A program made the position numbers and the translations under genes. A DNA stretch of 57,865 nucleotides from assembly GCA_032718475.1 (NCBI GenBank), contig JAUCBJ010000714.1:1-57865 (forward strand). Reading direction: 5' to 3'. The first letter of the stretch is position 1; the number at the start of each line of letters is the position of its first letter. Positions 24,020-35,522 of this stretch are shown piece by piece. The notes beneath the pieces are model-generated. The model was not told where the DNA came from and made no database searches. It saw nothing but the letters and a program-made list of their open reading frames with translations. The DNA is from Nemertoderma westbladi. Taxonomy: Eukaryota; Animalia; Xenacoelomorpha.

Positions 24020-24870
24020 CACAGGATAACGGGGAGCTGGTGGAGTATCACTACTTATGAGAAAAGAAAAGCTTATGACTTGGTCAGAGATTAATGGAGG
24101 TGATGACATTGTCGGTATCACTGGCCAGCCACACAGTGGTAGTCAGCCACTCTTGTTACTATCTTGTTATGCTCCAGACATTTCGAAGGGCCAAGCAGTA
24201 TACCAGAATTTTCTGGGTCGCCTCGAAGGCCTCCTCTCACAATATGAAGGATGTCTACCAATAATCCTAACTGATTCGAATGGCGATGTAGGGCCTCTTC
24301 AGGGAAAACGAAGCGATTTAAAATATAGCAGGGCATCTACTCAAGGATCTTATCTGAACAGTTTCCTTTTGTCTACAAACTTGCTTGCAGCAGACACTTA
24401 TAATAAATTTATCGGACCAACCACTACATTTCGAGGGGCTAATGGCGGCGCATCATATATAGATCACATTATAACATCACATAGTGGACTCAAGCAAATA
24501 TCGTTTGGCTCAGTACTCCATGATGATCCTGCAAACAACTACTCAGACCACACCCCTGTTACCGCAACATTTAACTTCACCACAAAGGGCTATCCAGCTA
24601 AAATGGAACACACTAGCAGACCGAAGTTTAGGCAAGTCAGATTCAACTGGTCCAGGGTGTCCAGCTCTAACAGAGAAGGAACAAAACTGCCATTGATGCA
24701 ATAATTGTAAAGAGGATAGCAGAGTTGAAGAGTATAAGGCCAGATGACCCCAGCATCGATCAGCTCAATGCAATCATGGAAGGAATTCAATCAGCCATTA
24801 TCAGCACTGCCAAACAGTTCATTCCAGTTCTCCAGCCAAAGCGTAAATGCAGGAATCTTAGAATCCGCTC
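24020..24870 (+). pseudogene. LINE apurinic-like endonuclease fragment and linker, copy 1
   Basis: RGAGGVSLL, SCYAP, TDSNG, TTF...SYIDHII, YSDHTPV. Confidence 0.85.
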
Positions 24871-24881
24871 GAAACTCTTAA

Positions 24882-26265
24882 CCCTATTAAACCCGGGGGG
24901 GGGGGTCAATATGACCCCCCCGTGGTTTTTTTATTATAATTCTGAAACAAGCGCAGTTGGGAATCTGAAATTTTATGAATTTTCCTAAAAATATATTGTC
25001 TTCCTAGTAGTGAAAACCTTTTTCAAAAATATTGGGTACTTTTCGAGTTATAGCACCATTTTTTAACCCTACTTTTGGCACTTTTTTTGAGACGTTTTTT
25101 GAAAATTACATTTCCTTAAATATGAATTGTAACATCTCTATTTTTGATTTACACCGGTTTTTTGGTGTTAGAAATTGGATGGAATTCATATATATTGATT
25201 TAGAAATTTCAAACTTGTTTTTTTCGGTGGGTGCCAAATTTTGGTGCCAGCACCAAATTTTGAAATATGTCAATTTTGTAAATTGATTGTTTGAAACTTG
25301 TTTTTTACGCAATTGGGGTTTTTTGGGGTTCTGGATTCGATGAAATATATACGAGTTGCACCAAGCGTATCAAACTTGTATTTTTCGGGGCTGTGTGCAA
25401 ATTTTGGTGCTAGCACGAAATTTTGAAAATCCATTCAATAGATAAAATTGCTTGTGACAATTTATTTCTTGCGTTTTAGAGGTTTATGGCTGTTCTGTGT
25501 TCTGAATTCAATGGAATATATGATTATCGAACTAGACATCTCAAACTTGTATTTTTCGGATGTGGGTGCAAAGTGTGGTGCTAGCACCAAATTTTGAAAA
25601 CCATCAAATATATCAATTGATTGTGTCACCTTGTTGCTTGCGTTATACGGGTTTGTGATGGTTCTGAATTCAATGGAATCAGTAAAAATTTCATAAGAGT
25701 TCTCAAACTTGTATTTTTCGCCAGTGGGTGAAAATTGTTGTGCCAGCACCAAATTTTGGAAAATATGCAAATTGATCAGTAGATAGTATCACCTTGTTTC
25801 TTGCGTTATACGGGTTTATGAGGGTCCTGAATCCGATGGAATCAATAAAAACAGCACTGGACATCGCAAACTTGTACTTTTTGGTGATGGGTTCGAAATT
25901 TGGTGCTAGCACCAAAATTTGCCAAATTACGCCGAAAAATACAAGTAGCAATGATCTGGCATATTAGAAATGTATTCCATTAGAATCAGCGCCCTCGAAA
26001 ACCTGAAAATGTGAATTTATAGCATCGTATAAGTGAATTAAAAATTTTGTGTTCTAACTGAAAAGTGCTGGTTACTTGTTTTTTTCATTTTTTTCCTACG
26101 CAGAGAGGACTAAACAGCCATTTATAGTAATCATATCATTTTTAAATATTTTCCAATGTATTTTGCACCCAAGAAAACCTGTATGGAAATGTGTTGGAAA
26201 TTCACAAAAATGTTTTTTTATTCTATCATTTGCCGAAATCTAAAGTCCTTCTGGTCCAATGTGAA
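24882..26265 (+). mobile_element. piggyBac-like non-autonomous element, one end only
   Basis: TTAA|ccctattaaacccggggg...gggtcaatatgacccccc. Internal subrepeats containing ggtgc(t/c)agcaccaaatttt (about 25242, 25405, 25578, 25739, 25902). Confidence 0.6.
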
Positions 26266-26280
26266 CAGATCGATCGATCG

Positions 26281-26435
26281 ATCTCCTAACTTTGCCTCAA
26301 TAACCGGTGAACATTTGCTGCAGATGAACCCGGACCCCATTTGTAGCTTTCTTGCTGATACTATAAACTTCTGCCTCCAGCTGAAACAGGTCCCGGAGAT
26401 ATTCGGCCATTCTGTGTTGACCAATATTTATAAGG
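26281..26435 (+). pseudogene. Short RT fragment of the left LINE copy
   Basis: Near-identical to the reverse complement of 29468-29622 (SPNFASITGEHLLQMNPDPICSFL...). Confidence 0.85.
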
Positions 26436-26679
26436 AGAATTTCAAAAACTAGGTAACATTAGGAACTACTTTGGCATTGTGTGAAATAGTATTTTATTGA
26501 CGATGTCCTAGGCTATGATGATTTTATATAAATATTTTAATTTGTCGGCGCTGTCCGAATTAAACCACTAATAATAATAATAATAATTAAAGAGGTATTG
26601 CATTGTTGCCCAGCTAAGTATGGAATAAACAAAATGTTATAGAAAATGTTACATTTATTAAATAGAATAAATGGCCTGC

Positions 26680-27041
26680 AAGGGAAGCAATTCGAATGCA
26701 ACATTCGAACGCCCATATCTCAGGAATTTCCTAACCAAATTCGAATGTTTTTACATATTTGGAATCCCCCTGCATGGGCAGCTTTCTATTGCTCCCATCA
26801 AATCACTATAAGGTTGAAGAATTATTGCACTGTGACCTGTGAAATATCGCCGGAGACACATTTTTTCAAATACTTGTAGATAAAGATTGAAAGCAAAAAA
26901 AAAATTATGGCTCACCCACGGAGGAGGAGGGAGGTGGAACTATCTCTATTTCAAATTTCATGTAATCTCATTAAGATTTGTAGAAACATTTGGGAGGGGG
27001 GCAGGTACCTGAGTAACGACACTATATTCCAGGACATGGTG
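26680..27041 (-). mobile_element. Diverged inverted copy of the TA-flanked terminal segment
   Basis: ggctcacccacggaggaggagggaggtggaactatct...acatggtg|TA matches the reverse complement of 22698 onward. Confidence 0.55.
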
Positions 27042-27959
27042 TACATAGTTTAATATTTGTATCAAAGGCTAGACTGACAAAAAATTTAAAACTACATTAA
27101 AATTTCGCCTACTGTCCCCAAGGTAACCCAGTCGAGAGAGCTCATTGGACACTGGAAGCATGGGCTGCAAAATCGGGGAAAAATTTAAGTCAATCAGCAT
27201 GCTGGTACAATAATACGCGAAGGAGGGTTCAGGAACAAACGCCATTTCAAATGTGCATGGAAGGATTGGCAAAACGAAGCGTGAACTTGCCAGGAATAAC
27301 GGAGATAAAAAGATCAACACCAGACCTAATCTAATAGTAAAATGTCCATCAAGTAAGGATCAACGTTGAAGATCTGGTGTATGTCAAGCCAGGACATTAA
27401 GGTGTACGGCAAGTTGGAAGGTCCCAAAACTTGTTGAAGGTGTAGATCAATGTGGTGTTATAAATAGAAGGAATGCGCCGACATCAGCGAGATGTTCGGA
27501 AACCAAATGTACAGTAGGTCAGGTTGATACGCACACTGAGGTGAGGAGGTCGTCGCCGAATGGGTTTAATATAGAAACAATAGGAACAGAAAGTAGCAGT
27601 TCTGATGATGATTCAGAAGATGAGGAAGTGATTGATGCAGGTCCACCCTATGTCAAGAGATCGGGAACGCTCTCTAGATCACCCCCACTTTATGGAATTG
27701 ATTAAGTTTTAGAAAAACGATGAGGAAGTGGTATAAATAAGATAAGACTGATAATTCTACAGAGTTACAATAGTTCATGTGTTCTAGAATTGAAGTGCTG
27801 TGTAAGTTATTAAAATACACGAAATACATTATTTGTTATTTGACATAAGAATTATGAGTTAAAGTGTGAAGAAATAGTCAACCCATGGAAACTTGGATTT
27901 TAATTTTACATCTTGTGGCTATAGCTGAGAATCTACTAGACAATCTAGTTAAAAATACC

Positions 27960-30300
27960 AAAATACTAATTCACACAATGCCAAAGTACTTCCTAATGTT
28001 ACCTAGTTTATGAGTCAGAGTAAGCACATCAAGATCAAAACAGTTCGCGATGAAGTTTGAATTAGCGAGGTCTTTTAAGGATGGTGACCCGGGGACAATG
28101 CGTTTAGTGAACTTCTTCCTGCAGTATTGGTACATCAGTAATGAGTTTAGTTGTGGAAGGGGAAAACATGGTCGATACTCTATTGTAGCCACTGATGACC
28201 CCTTTAGTTTTCCGTTTGGGTTCAGCTTGAGCAGAGGTGATTCTGTCAATGATTACAGTGGTGATGCATCTGTGTAGTGATGGAATTGGACATTTAATAG
28301 CACGAGCCAATGTTCCAATACTTAACTATGTAACTATAACTAGGTAACTATGTATATAAACTATGTATATAACTATGTAACCAATAACTATGTTTGAAGG
28401 CCTCCAGAGTTATTGGCATAGTTATAGCTAGATGGTAGAGTGTGGAGTTTCCAACGTAGTTACCAGTATTTAGGAGGCGTCCCAATGCAACCCTATAGGC
28501 AGTGTCGAGAGCATCGAGATCTTGTTGACACATTGAGCCAATATCGAATTTAAGGCGGTATAGAACTACTGTACTGGGAGAGCCAGACTTCTCCATAGAT
28601 GGAAGACAGTCGATACTGGTAGCCACTGGGTTATCCATCCTTGCGACTAAATATGTGCCCAAGTGTGGAGATCGATCGTAGGGAGTGCTTAAGAGCATTG
28701 CTGGTGTTAGATGGTGCTAAGTCATAGCCCAGGAATGTTAATACCGTGCACTTTGCGACTAGTTGGTCGCCTAACCGAGAGAAGGTGGGTTCATGAGTGC
28801 CAGTCAGTCCAGTATGAACCGTCCAGTTCGACGTTGATTCCTCTATTGACAGGTTGATTCTATCTGCACTTTGACGGAAAATTCTGTATAGGGCTTCAAG
28901 ATCCATCACAGTATTACTCATCAACAAAAAGTCGTCTGCGTAAGATAGCGCCCCTATCCATGTCGCACCAATATGGCAGCCGAGTTTTGATGCTTCCAGT
29001 TCAGCCAATATGTTGGTGATGTAAAGGTTAAAGAGGAGTTGTGACAATAGTGATCCTTGCTTAACTCCTTGTGTATCTGTCATACCCTCTCCATCCACCC
29101 ACATCCCGAACTCCAAGAATATGTTACCTAGACGGTAGTAATTGAGAATTGTAGCAACTATGTGTGGATTGACGTATTCCAGCATCTTCTTCCCAGTATT
29201 GTGAATTCCACAGAACGCTGACTCAATGTCGAGTTGGCAAAGGAAAACCGAGCTCTTCATATGTAGATTATGGTTCAGGCATTCCAGCCAGGACCGTTGC
29301 TATGACAATGTCTGTTTCGATTTTATCCCGGTAGGCAGTCTGTTTATCGTGCACCTTAATGTTTATGAGGAAATCACAGAGCATGATCCTCTCAAATATC
29401 TTGGCCCATAGGCTAATTGAGGCTATAGGCCGATATGACTTAGGGTTGTAGATGTCACGCTGCTTCCCCTTATAAATATTGGTCAACACAGAATAACCGA
29501 ATATCTCCGGGACTTGTTTCAGCTGGAGGCAGAAGTTTATAGTATCAGCAAGAAAGCTACAAATGGGGTCCGGGTTCATCTGCAGCAAATGTTCAGCGGT
29601 TATTGAGGCAAAGTCAGGAGATTTTCCAATAGATAAATTTGATATCGCCCGTTTTACTGACAGCACTGATATTTGTGGGCATATGAATGTGCACAGTCTG
29701 AGTTTAATTCATCATTGAGGCTGTTGATATTTGGCCCTTGGTTCCTACTGAGCTTAGCAGTGATGTGCTCCCGTATAGTTGTTTGCAGGATCATCATGGA
29801 GTACTGAGCCAAACGATATTTGCTTGAATCCACTATGTGATGTTATAATGTGATCTATATATGATGCGCCGCCATTAGCCCCTCGAAATGTAGTGGTTGG
29901 TCCGATAAATTTATTATAAGTGTCTGCTGCAAGCAAGTTTGTAGACAAAAGGAAACTGTTCAGATAAGATCCTTGAGTAGATGCCCTGCTATATTTTAAA
30001 TCGCTTCGTTTTCCCTGAAGAGGCCCTACATCGCCATTCGAATCAGATAGGATTATTGGTAGACATCCTTCATATTGTGAGAGGAGGCCTTCGAGGCGAC
30101 CCAGAAAATTCTGGTATACTGCTTGGTCCTTCGAAATGTCTGGAGCATAACAAGATAGTAACAAGAGTGGCTGACTACCACTGTGTGGCTGGCCAGTGAT
30201 ACCGACAATGTCATCACCTCCATTAATCTCTGACCAAGTCATAACCTTGTCTTTTCTCATAAGTAGTGCTACTCCACCAGCTCCCCGTTATCCTGTTCCA
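27960..30300 (-). pseudogene. LINE endonuclease + RT + C-terminal region, copy 2, frameshifted
   Basis: APE ORF 29754-30260. RT GKSPD...SYRPIASIS..AKIFER...QTAYR; LDIESAF; GVKQGSLLSQLLFNLYI; GCHIG..WIGALSYADD; FLG. Confidence 0.9.
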
Positions 30301-30406
30301 TAATCATTATCATGTGCTATTAGTTCGTGTTTGTTGTAGTTCGTATTTGTGCCCTTTTGAGAGGTGAGCTGGAAAGTTGGGTCAAAATCAACATCATTAT
30401 GGCAGA

Positions 30407-31016
30407 TAATTTCCACTTCTTCAGGCCGCTTTGAACCCATTGTCGTGCTTTCTCGCTATCGAAATGAATCCTGGAGATTTGATCACGGTCCTGAACAACT
30501 GCTAGACAAAATACAGACATAAATACAGACAAAAATTCCGCAGTCAAAACTGTTTGACTGTTTATGGTACGAGGAATGTTTCACTGTTATAGACCATGAA
30601 AGTTTATTTTCATTTCCACAGGACCTGGTCCTAAGAGCATTGCATTCATCAATCCTATTAAGTATTGATGCCAGCCAATATGTAGAGGCTGTTGCCATAG
30701 AAGGGCCAAGCGAGTTAAGGAAAAATATTGTTTTGTTTTGTGTATCAGCAACATGAAGCACAAAGTGATTATTATTAATGAATTCTGGAATCAGATGAAG
30801 GTCAGGTGGATTCTTGAGATATAGGCCCAAATATTGACGTGCCAAATACTTAATTGCAGTCAGTTCACCAAAACTATTCTAGCTCAGAATAGTGCCAAGA
30901 TGGATTGGTATTGCAGCCACACTAGGTGAAGCCTGCGCAAGTATTCAATACTCAGAAAGAAAGCCAGAGATAGTATCATCACTAATCCATTGACCAGGAT
31001 TCAAAGAGCTGTAAGC
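30407..31016 (-). pseudogene. Ulp1/SENP-like (peptidase C48) domain, disrupted, copy 2
   Basis: Mirror of 23301-23910. ORF 30483-30845 encodes the same protein as ORF 23472-23834. Confidence 0.75.
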
Positions 31017-32990
31017 TTCGGGAAAAGGGAGGACCATTCCAGGTGTGGCATCTTTGCTTAGACTGTTTAAATAGTTAATTATAGCGCTTGTATCATCCGA
31101 TAAGCTACTGTGGATTTGAGATGGTTGTGCAAAGACTTCATAAATAGTCAGTTTGTTAGATTGGTTTAATTGTTAGATTGTATTATACTATTACGTAGCT
31201 ATTCATAAATAAACAAAATGTTCTAGAATATCGTATTTTTATTTAATAGAATAAAATAGCCAATGCAGCCTATGCAAAACCATGTAACTTTTGAACGCTC
31301 ATATCTCAGCTATTTTCAACGAAATTCAGATTATGTTACATATTTGGAATCCTTACATGGCCAGCTTTCCATCAGTACCAACAAATCACTATAAGGTTGA
31401 AGAATAACTGGAGTGTAACTGGTGAAATATCACCGGAGACACATTTTTTAAACGCTTGTAGCTAAAGATTGAAAGCAAAAATAAAAATTCTGGCTCACCC
31501 ACGGAGGAGGAGGGAGGTGGAACTATCTATATTTCATGTAATCTCATTAAGATTTGTAGAAAAATTTGGGGGGGGGGGGCAGGTACCTGAATAACAAACT
31601 ATATTCCAGAACATGGTGTAGTATGCACAATGCAAGTCAATACAAAATCACTGCAATTAACTTACCATACCTCGGAGCTTTCAACCCTGATTTCCAAACC
31701 AAAGTGAGGACCTATTATTTGCTTAATATATATTGAGAAACCTCCACCTGCATTATAAGCGGTACATTTTAACCTGGGAAGAGTTTCGTGTGCTCATTGG
31801 GAAATGACATGCCAAGTAATATAACCTGAATAAGCCTACTCTATACAGTATGGCCAATTCCATGGTGTCGGACGTTGGGGCAAACCCAAATTTTCCGTTG
31901 TTTTTTACTATTTATAGGATGTTGCTAATTCAATGTCAACCATAATAATGCTTATACTACCCCCAATTCGAAGCTCTATTTGAGGACACATAATGAGTCC
32001 ACTGAAAACTACTAGAGTTCGAGAATTCAAGTTTAAAAAGAGGTGTCGACGTTTATGTTTTTGGATACTAATAGCTTGCTTGCTCTAACAACGCCATCTC
32101 TCCTTTCTCCTTGTTATTTCCCGCACTTTCGGCCAATATTGGAAAATTGGCTCCGCCTTCCCATTTTCTGGTTGGGGCGCATAGCGGATTGAATACAGTT
32201 TAGTAGGTCTAACAGTAACCTCAACTTGCCCGAGTTACCAATTTTCCATTCTACAATAACTCCGTGTTAAATAAGATATGAAATATAGGCGTGTCAATCT
32301 TGCATAAAACACAAAAGTAATTCGCAATAAATCCGAACCACATTTTCGGGATTTTATATTACCTTGTTAATGACCAAAAAAATATTATACAGTAAGTCTT
32401 TATTTTGCGGAACATATGGTCATTCTCCCATACTCCACCTTTTATTTGTCTCTGACATGCACTAAATGTTCCACTACAAATATTTATGGAGCATGGGATT
32501 TTTGTCATCTTTATAGGCCTACACATAGTTTCTCACAAAAAACTTTTCGCACTTTTGTCACTATTTTCTCGCTAAGCCACTCCACAAATACAGTATCATT
32601 AGAAACGCCTTAGTCTGCAGATTCCGAATCTGAAAACCGTTTCAATTTCACCAATAACTTCAGGAGATATTCATCTAAATTCAAAGGCATCCTTTTTCAG
32701 ACGTAAATTGAAATAATTCTAATGTTTTTCACTTAATTCTAGAATATTAATTACCGTAATAATGAAGAAACAATATAATAATTTTAAACGATCAGCTAAG
32801 TGTATTACTGAAGTGTAATACAGTAATGTATACAATTTGTCACTCCATACATCTAATCTAATCTGCTGTATGTCTAAATATTGTTATAAAGATACTAATT
32901 AATAGTTTTGATTTGAGTTGATTTGATTTGCTTTTCTACGTCTATCTGTTTGGTTTCCTTTGCATCAGTTCGACTTTGAATAGTAAAGTT

Positions 32991-33458
32991 TTATCGTTTC
33001 CTTGAGACTTTTGAGTTCTTTGAACGGGTCCGTTTTCTTCCCCTAGACTTTGATTGCGCACACAGACAATTACTTATTTCTACCTTGCTGGTCCCTGATA
33101 AAGTTTCCCTTATCCCGGCTTCAGGACTATCACTTTCACGCCGATAAGCTTTGGGTGTGCAGTATCCTGTACTAAGTGCAACCATCCATTTGTAGACTTG
33201 ATTGAAGTGCCTTTTCGAGAGATGCGGTCCGCAAACTCTATACATAAATCCCGCGAACTGTGTGTAATCCCCCTTGAGGTCCAAGTAGCGTTTTATGAGC
33301 TGATTTGTCTTTGTTATTCCCTTCCTTTCCATCCGCTGGCAGAAAATCGGACCAATACCAGGTACCTTGATGAGTTTGGTTTTGTAAATCTTTGACATCC
33401 CTGTTGCTCCATAATCCAACTCCTTTTTCGTGGATTTGTTTCGCTTTGTTCTACCCAT
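32991..33458 (-). CDS. BAF-like protein, copy 2 (identical protein)
   Basis: Same 155 aa as 20861-21328, with five synonymous nucleotide differences. Confidence 0.8.
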   Translation of the reverse strand: MGRTKRNKSTKKELDYGATGMSKIYKTKLIKVPGIGPIFCQRMERKGITKTNQLIKRYLDLKGDYTQFAGFMYRVCGPHLSKRHFNQVYKWMVALSTGYCTPKAYRRESDSPEAGIRETLSGTSKVEISNCLCAQSKSRGRKRTRSKNSKVSRKR

Positions 33459-34079
33459 TTTGAATTGAAAGATTTGAGTTTATGAAATGAATTTGAACTG
33501 GTTCCCATAAGATGCTGCGATTTTGAAGCTACTTACACTACTAGACTAACTACAACCGCATAAGTGAACTAAATCTACCTACATTTTCCGTATATTCCAG
33601 AATATTACAGCTAGAGCTACCACGGATACAACTTTTAAAGAAAAATAAATAAAAATAATATTCAATATGAAAGCCAAGAAAACATTAGAATTATATCGAT
33701 TTACGTCTCAACCCTAGATAATATCTACTTATACAGTATTCTAGCAGATATTGCATTTACTATGCAAGGAAGTATAGTAAATGTTTTAACTGACGGAGAA
33801 CACTTTTTTACGTGCGGTCAATTTGCGCCACTACAGTATCAGCACAATTGAATACCGGCAAACCCTATCGTGTATTACAATGCTTGGTTATACAGTATGA
33901 ATGACGACTGCATTATTGGTGCAATTTCAGCAGAGTCTTCGAAGTTAAAGTAGTTTTGTTTACAATGAATGCTTCCGAGTGAACCCGATTACTATCAGAA
34001 GAACACTGCTTGAAAACCGTCACACAAAAGTACTCCGAGACACAACAAATAGAAAAATGTTTTATTAATAGGTACCCCG

Positions 34080-34480
34080 GTGCCTCCTGCTCCACTATGT
34101 GCTGTGAAACACTCCTATACTTCTTAATTACCTTTCTGTGGTCGTTCATCCTCTCCCGCACCTTCTCTTATGTCGCGTTTGCCTTGTATAATAATCCCCC
34201 TGGTGTACACGGCACCACACTAAGTACAAAACATTGGTAGACTTACAATTAAAAGAACCCCTGATTCGCTCCCCCCACGACGGGGTTTCCCTCAAATCCA
34301 CCACCGTCGCACACTCCAAACACCTCTTTTGCCCACATGGCTTTCCCCTATTCCCCTGCCATGCCAGTCCAGTCTCTCTCTCTTTTGCACCAATAATTGT
34401 CCCAAATTTGAATCCCGTCTACACGAAGTCCTTATAACAAATTCTAAATCCTCCAACGGTTTCTTAAACTCCCCTTAAAC
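34080..34480 (-). pseudogene. Decayed Penelope-like GIY-YIG endonuclease
   Basis: Minus strand gives PCGQKRCLEC...GSFNCKSTNVLYLVWC...YY..QT...RERMNDHRKVI....VSQH: Cys linker plus GIY-YIG pattern of PLEs. Confidence 0.65.
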
Positions 34481-34698
34481 CTGTTTCACCCCAGGTTTAA
34501 ATCTCGCAGTCGTCGTTAAGTATTACGTCCTCCCCCCCACCCCCCCACCACTCTGGACTTACCTAGACATCATTTTCGCCAAAAAATCAAACGGATACCC
34601 AGCAGAGACACAGTCAGTCAGATATCGGTCCCTATCTGCCTCAAACCCCTCCCCTTCCCCCGTCAACATCCAAAACCTAGTCACCTGGCCTTTTACAA

Positions 34699-35263
34699 GG
34701 GTGCATACAAACAGCGGACAGTGGACTGCGGACTACCAATCAAAGCAATAAAATCAGCGAGGTAAATTTGAATTATCGCTTCCTGTCGTGTAATCCGCTA
34801 ATTGTAGCTACCTACAAACAGTGGACAGGGGCTGGAATTGTGTTCCCATTGGTTCAATCGCGTTTACCTGGTTCAAAGGGAGGGAGGTTGCTAGTAATCC
34901 TCTAATTGGCTAATTTATCAGTCCACTGTTTGTAGTTACCTACAAAAGATGGAATAATCTTCCTATTCAAGTAAGACAAGCAATAACTTTTACCTAAAAA
35001 GCCGCAATCCATCTTTTGTAGGTAAATACAAACAGCGGACTGAGAAATTAACCAATTAGATGATTACTAAAAGCCAATTCCCTTAGAACCAGGTAAACGC
35101 GATTGAACCAATGGGAACACAATATTCCAGCCCCTGTCCACAGTTTGCAGGTAGCTACAATTAGCGGACTACAAGATAGAAAGCGATAATTCAAATTTAC
35201 CTTGCTGATTTTATTGCTTTGATTGGCAGTCCGCAGTCCACTGTCCGCTGTTTGTATGCACCC
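34699..35263. mobile_element. Near-palindromic MITE (Mutator-like), 565 bp
   Basis: ~250-bp inverted arms beginning gggtgcatacaaacagcggacagtggactgcggac. 9-bp TSD cttttacaa at 34690-34698 and 35264-35272. Confidence 0.9.
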
Positions 35264-35522
35264 CTTTTACAATACCCTCCAGCACTATACAAGTTCACCA
35301 AATTTCAAATTAACATGCATGTGAAGTCTATTCACAGTAATGACTGCAATGGACTTTCCCGGTGGGTGGAGTTCCCATCCCCACACCTTTTTTCAGTAAA
35401 TAAAACACATCTCTAAATTTGAAATATGTAGCACCAAAATACCAATATAATACCAGTGTACTGTATAATACCAGCAGCAGACTACCAATGTCAGAATGTG
35501 GCAGTCTGCCTGTGATGTGACC

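Larger units (their letters stand above)
20363..24541 (+). repeat. Left arm of ~4.2-kb inverted repeat
   Basis: Reverse complement of 29776-33949. Mirrored identical or near-identical ORFs in the track (20861/32991, 21703/32416, 23472/30483, 24057/29754). Confidence 0.97.
29776..33949 (-). repeat. Right arm of ~4.2-kb inverted repeat
   Basis: Reverse complement of 20363-24541 with scattered substitutions and small indels. Confidence 0.97.
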
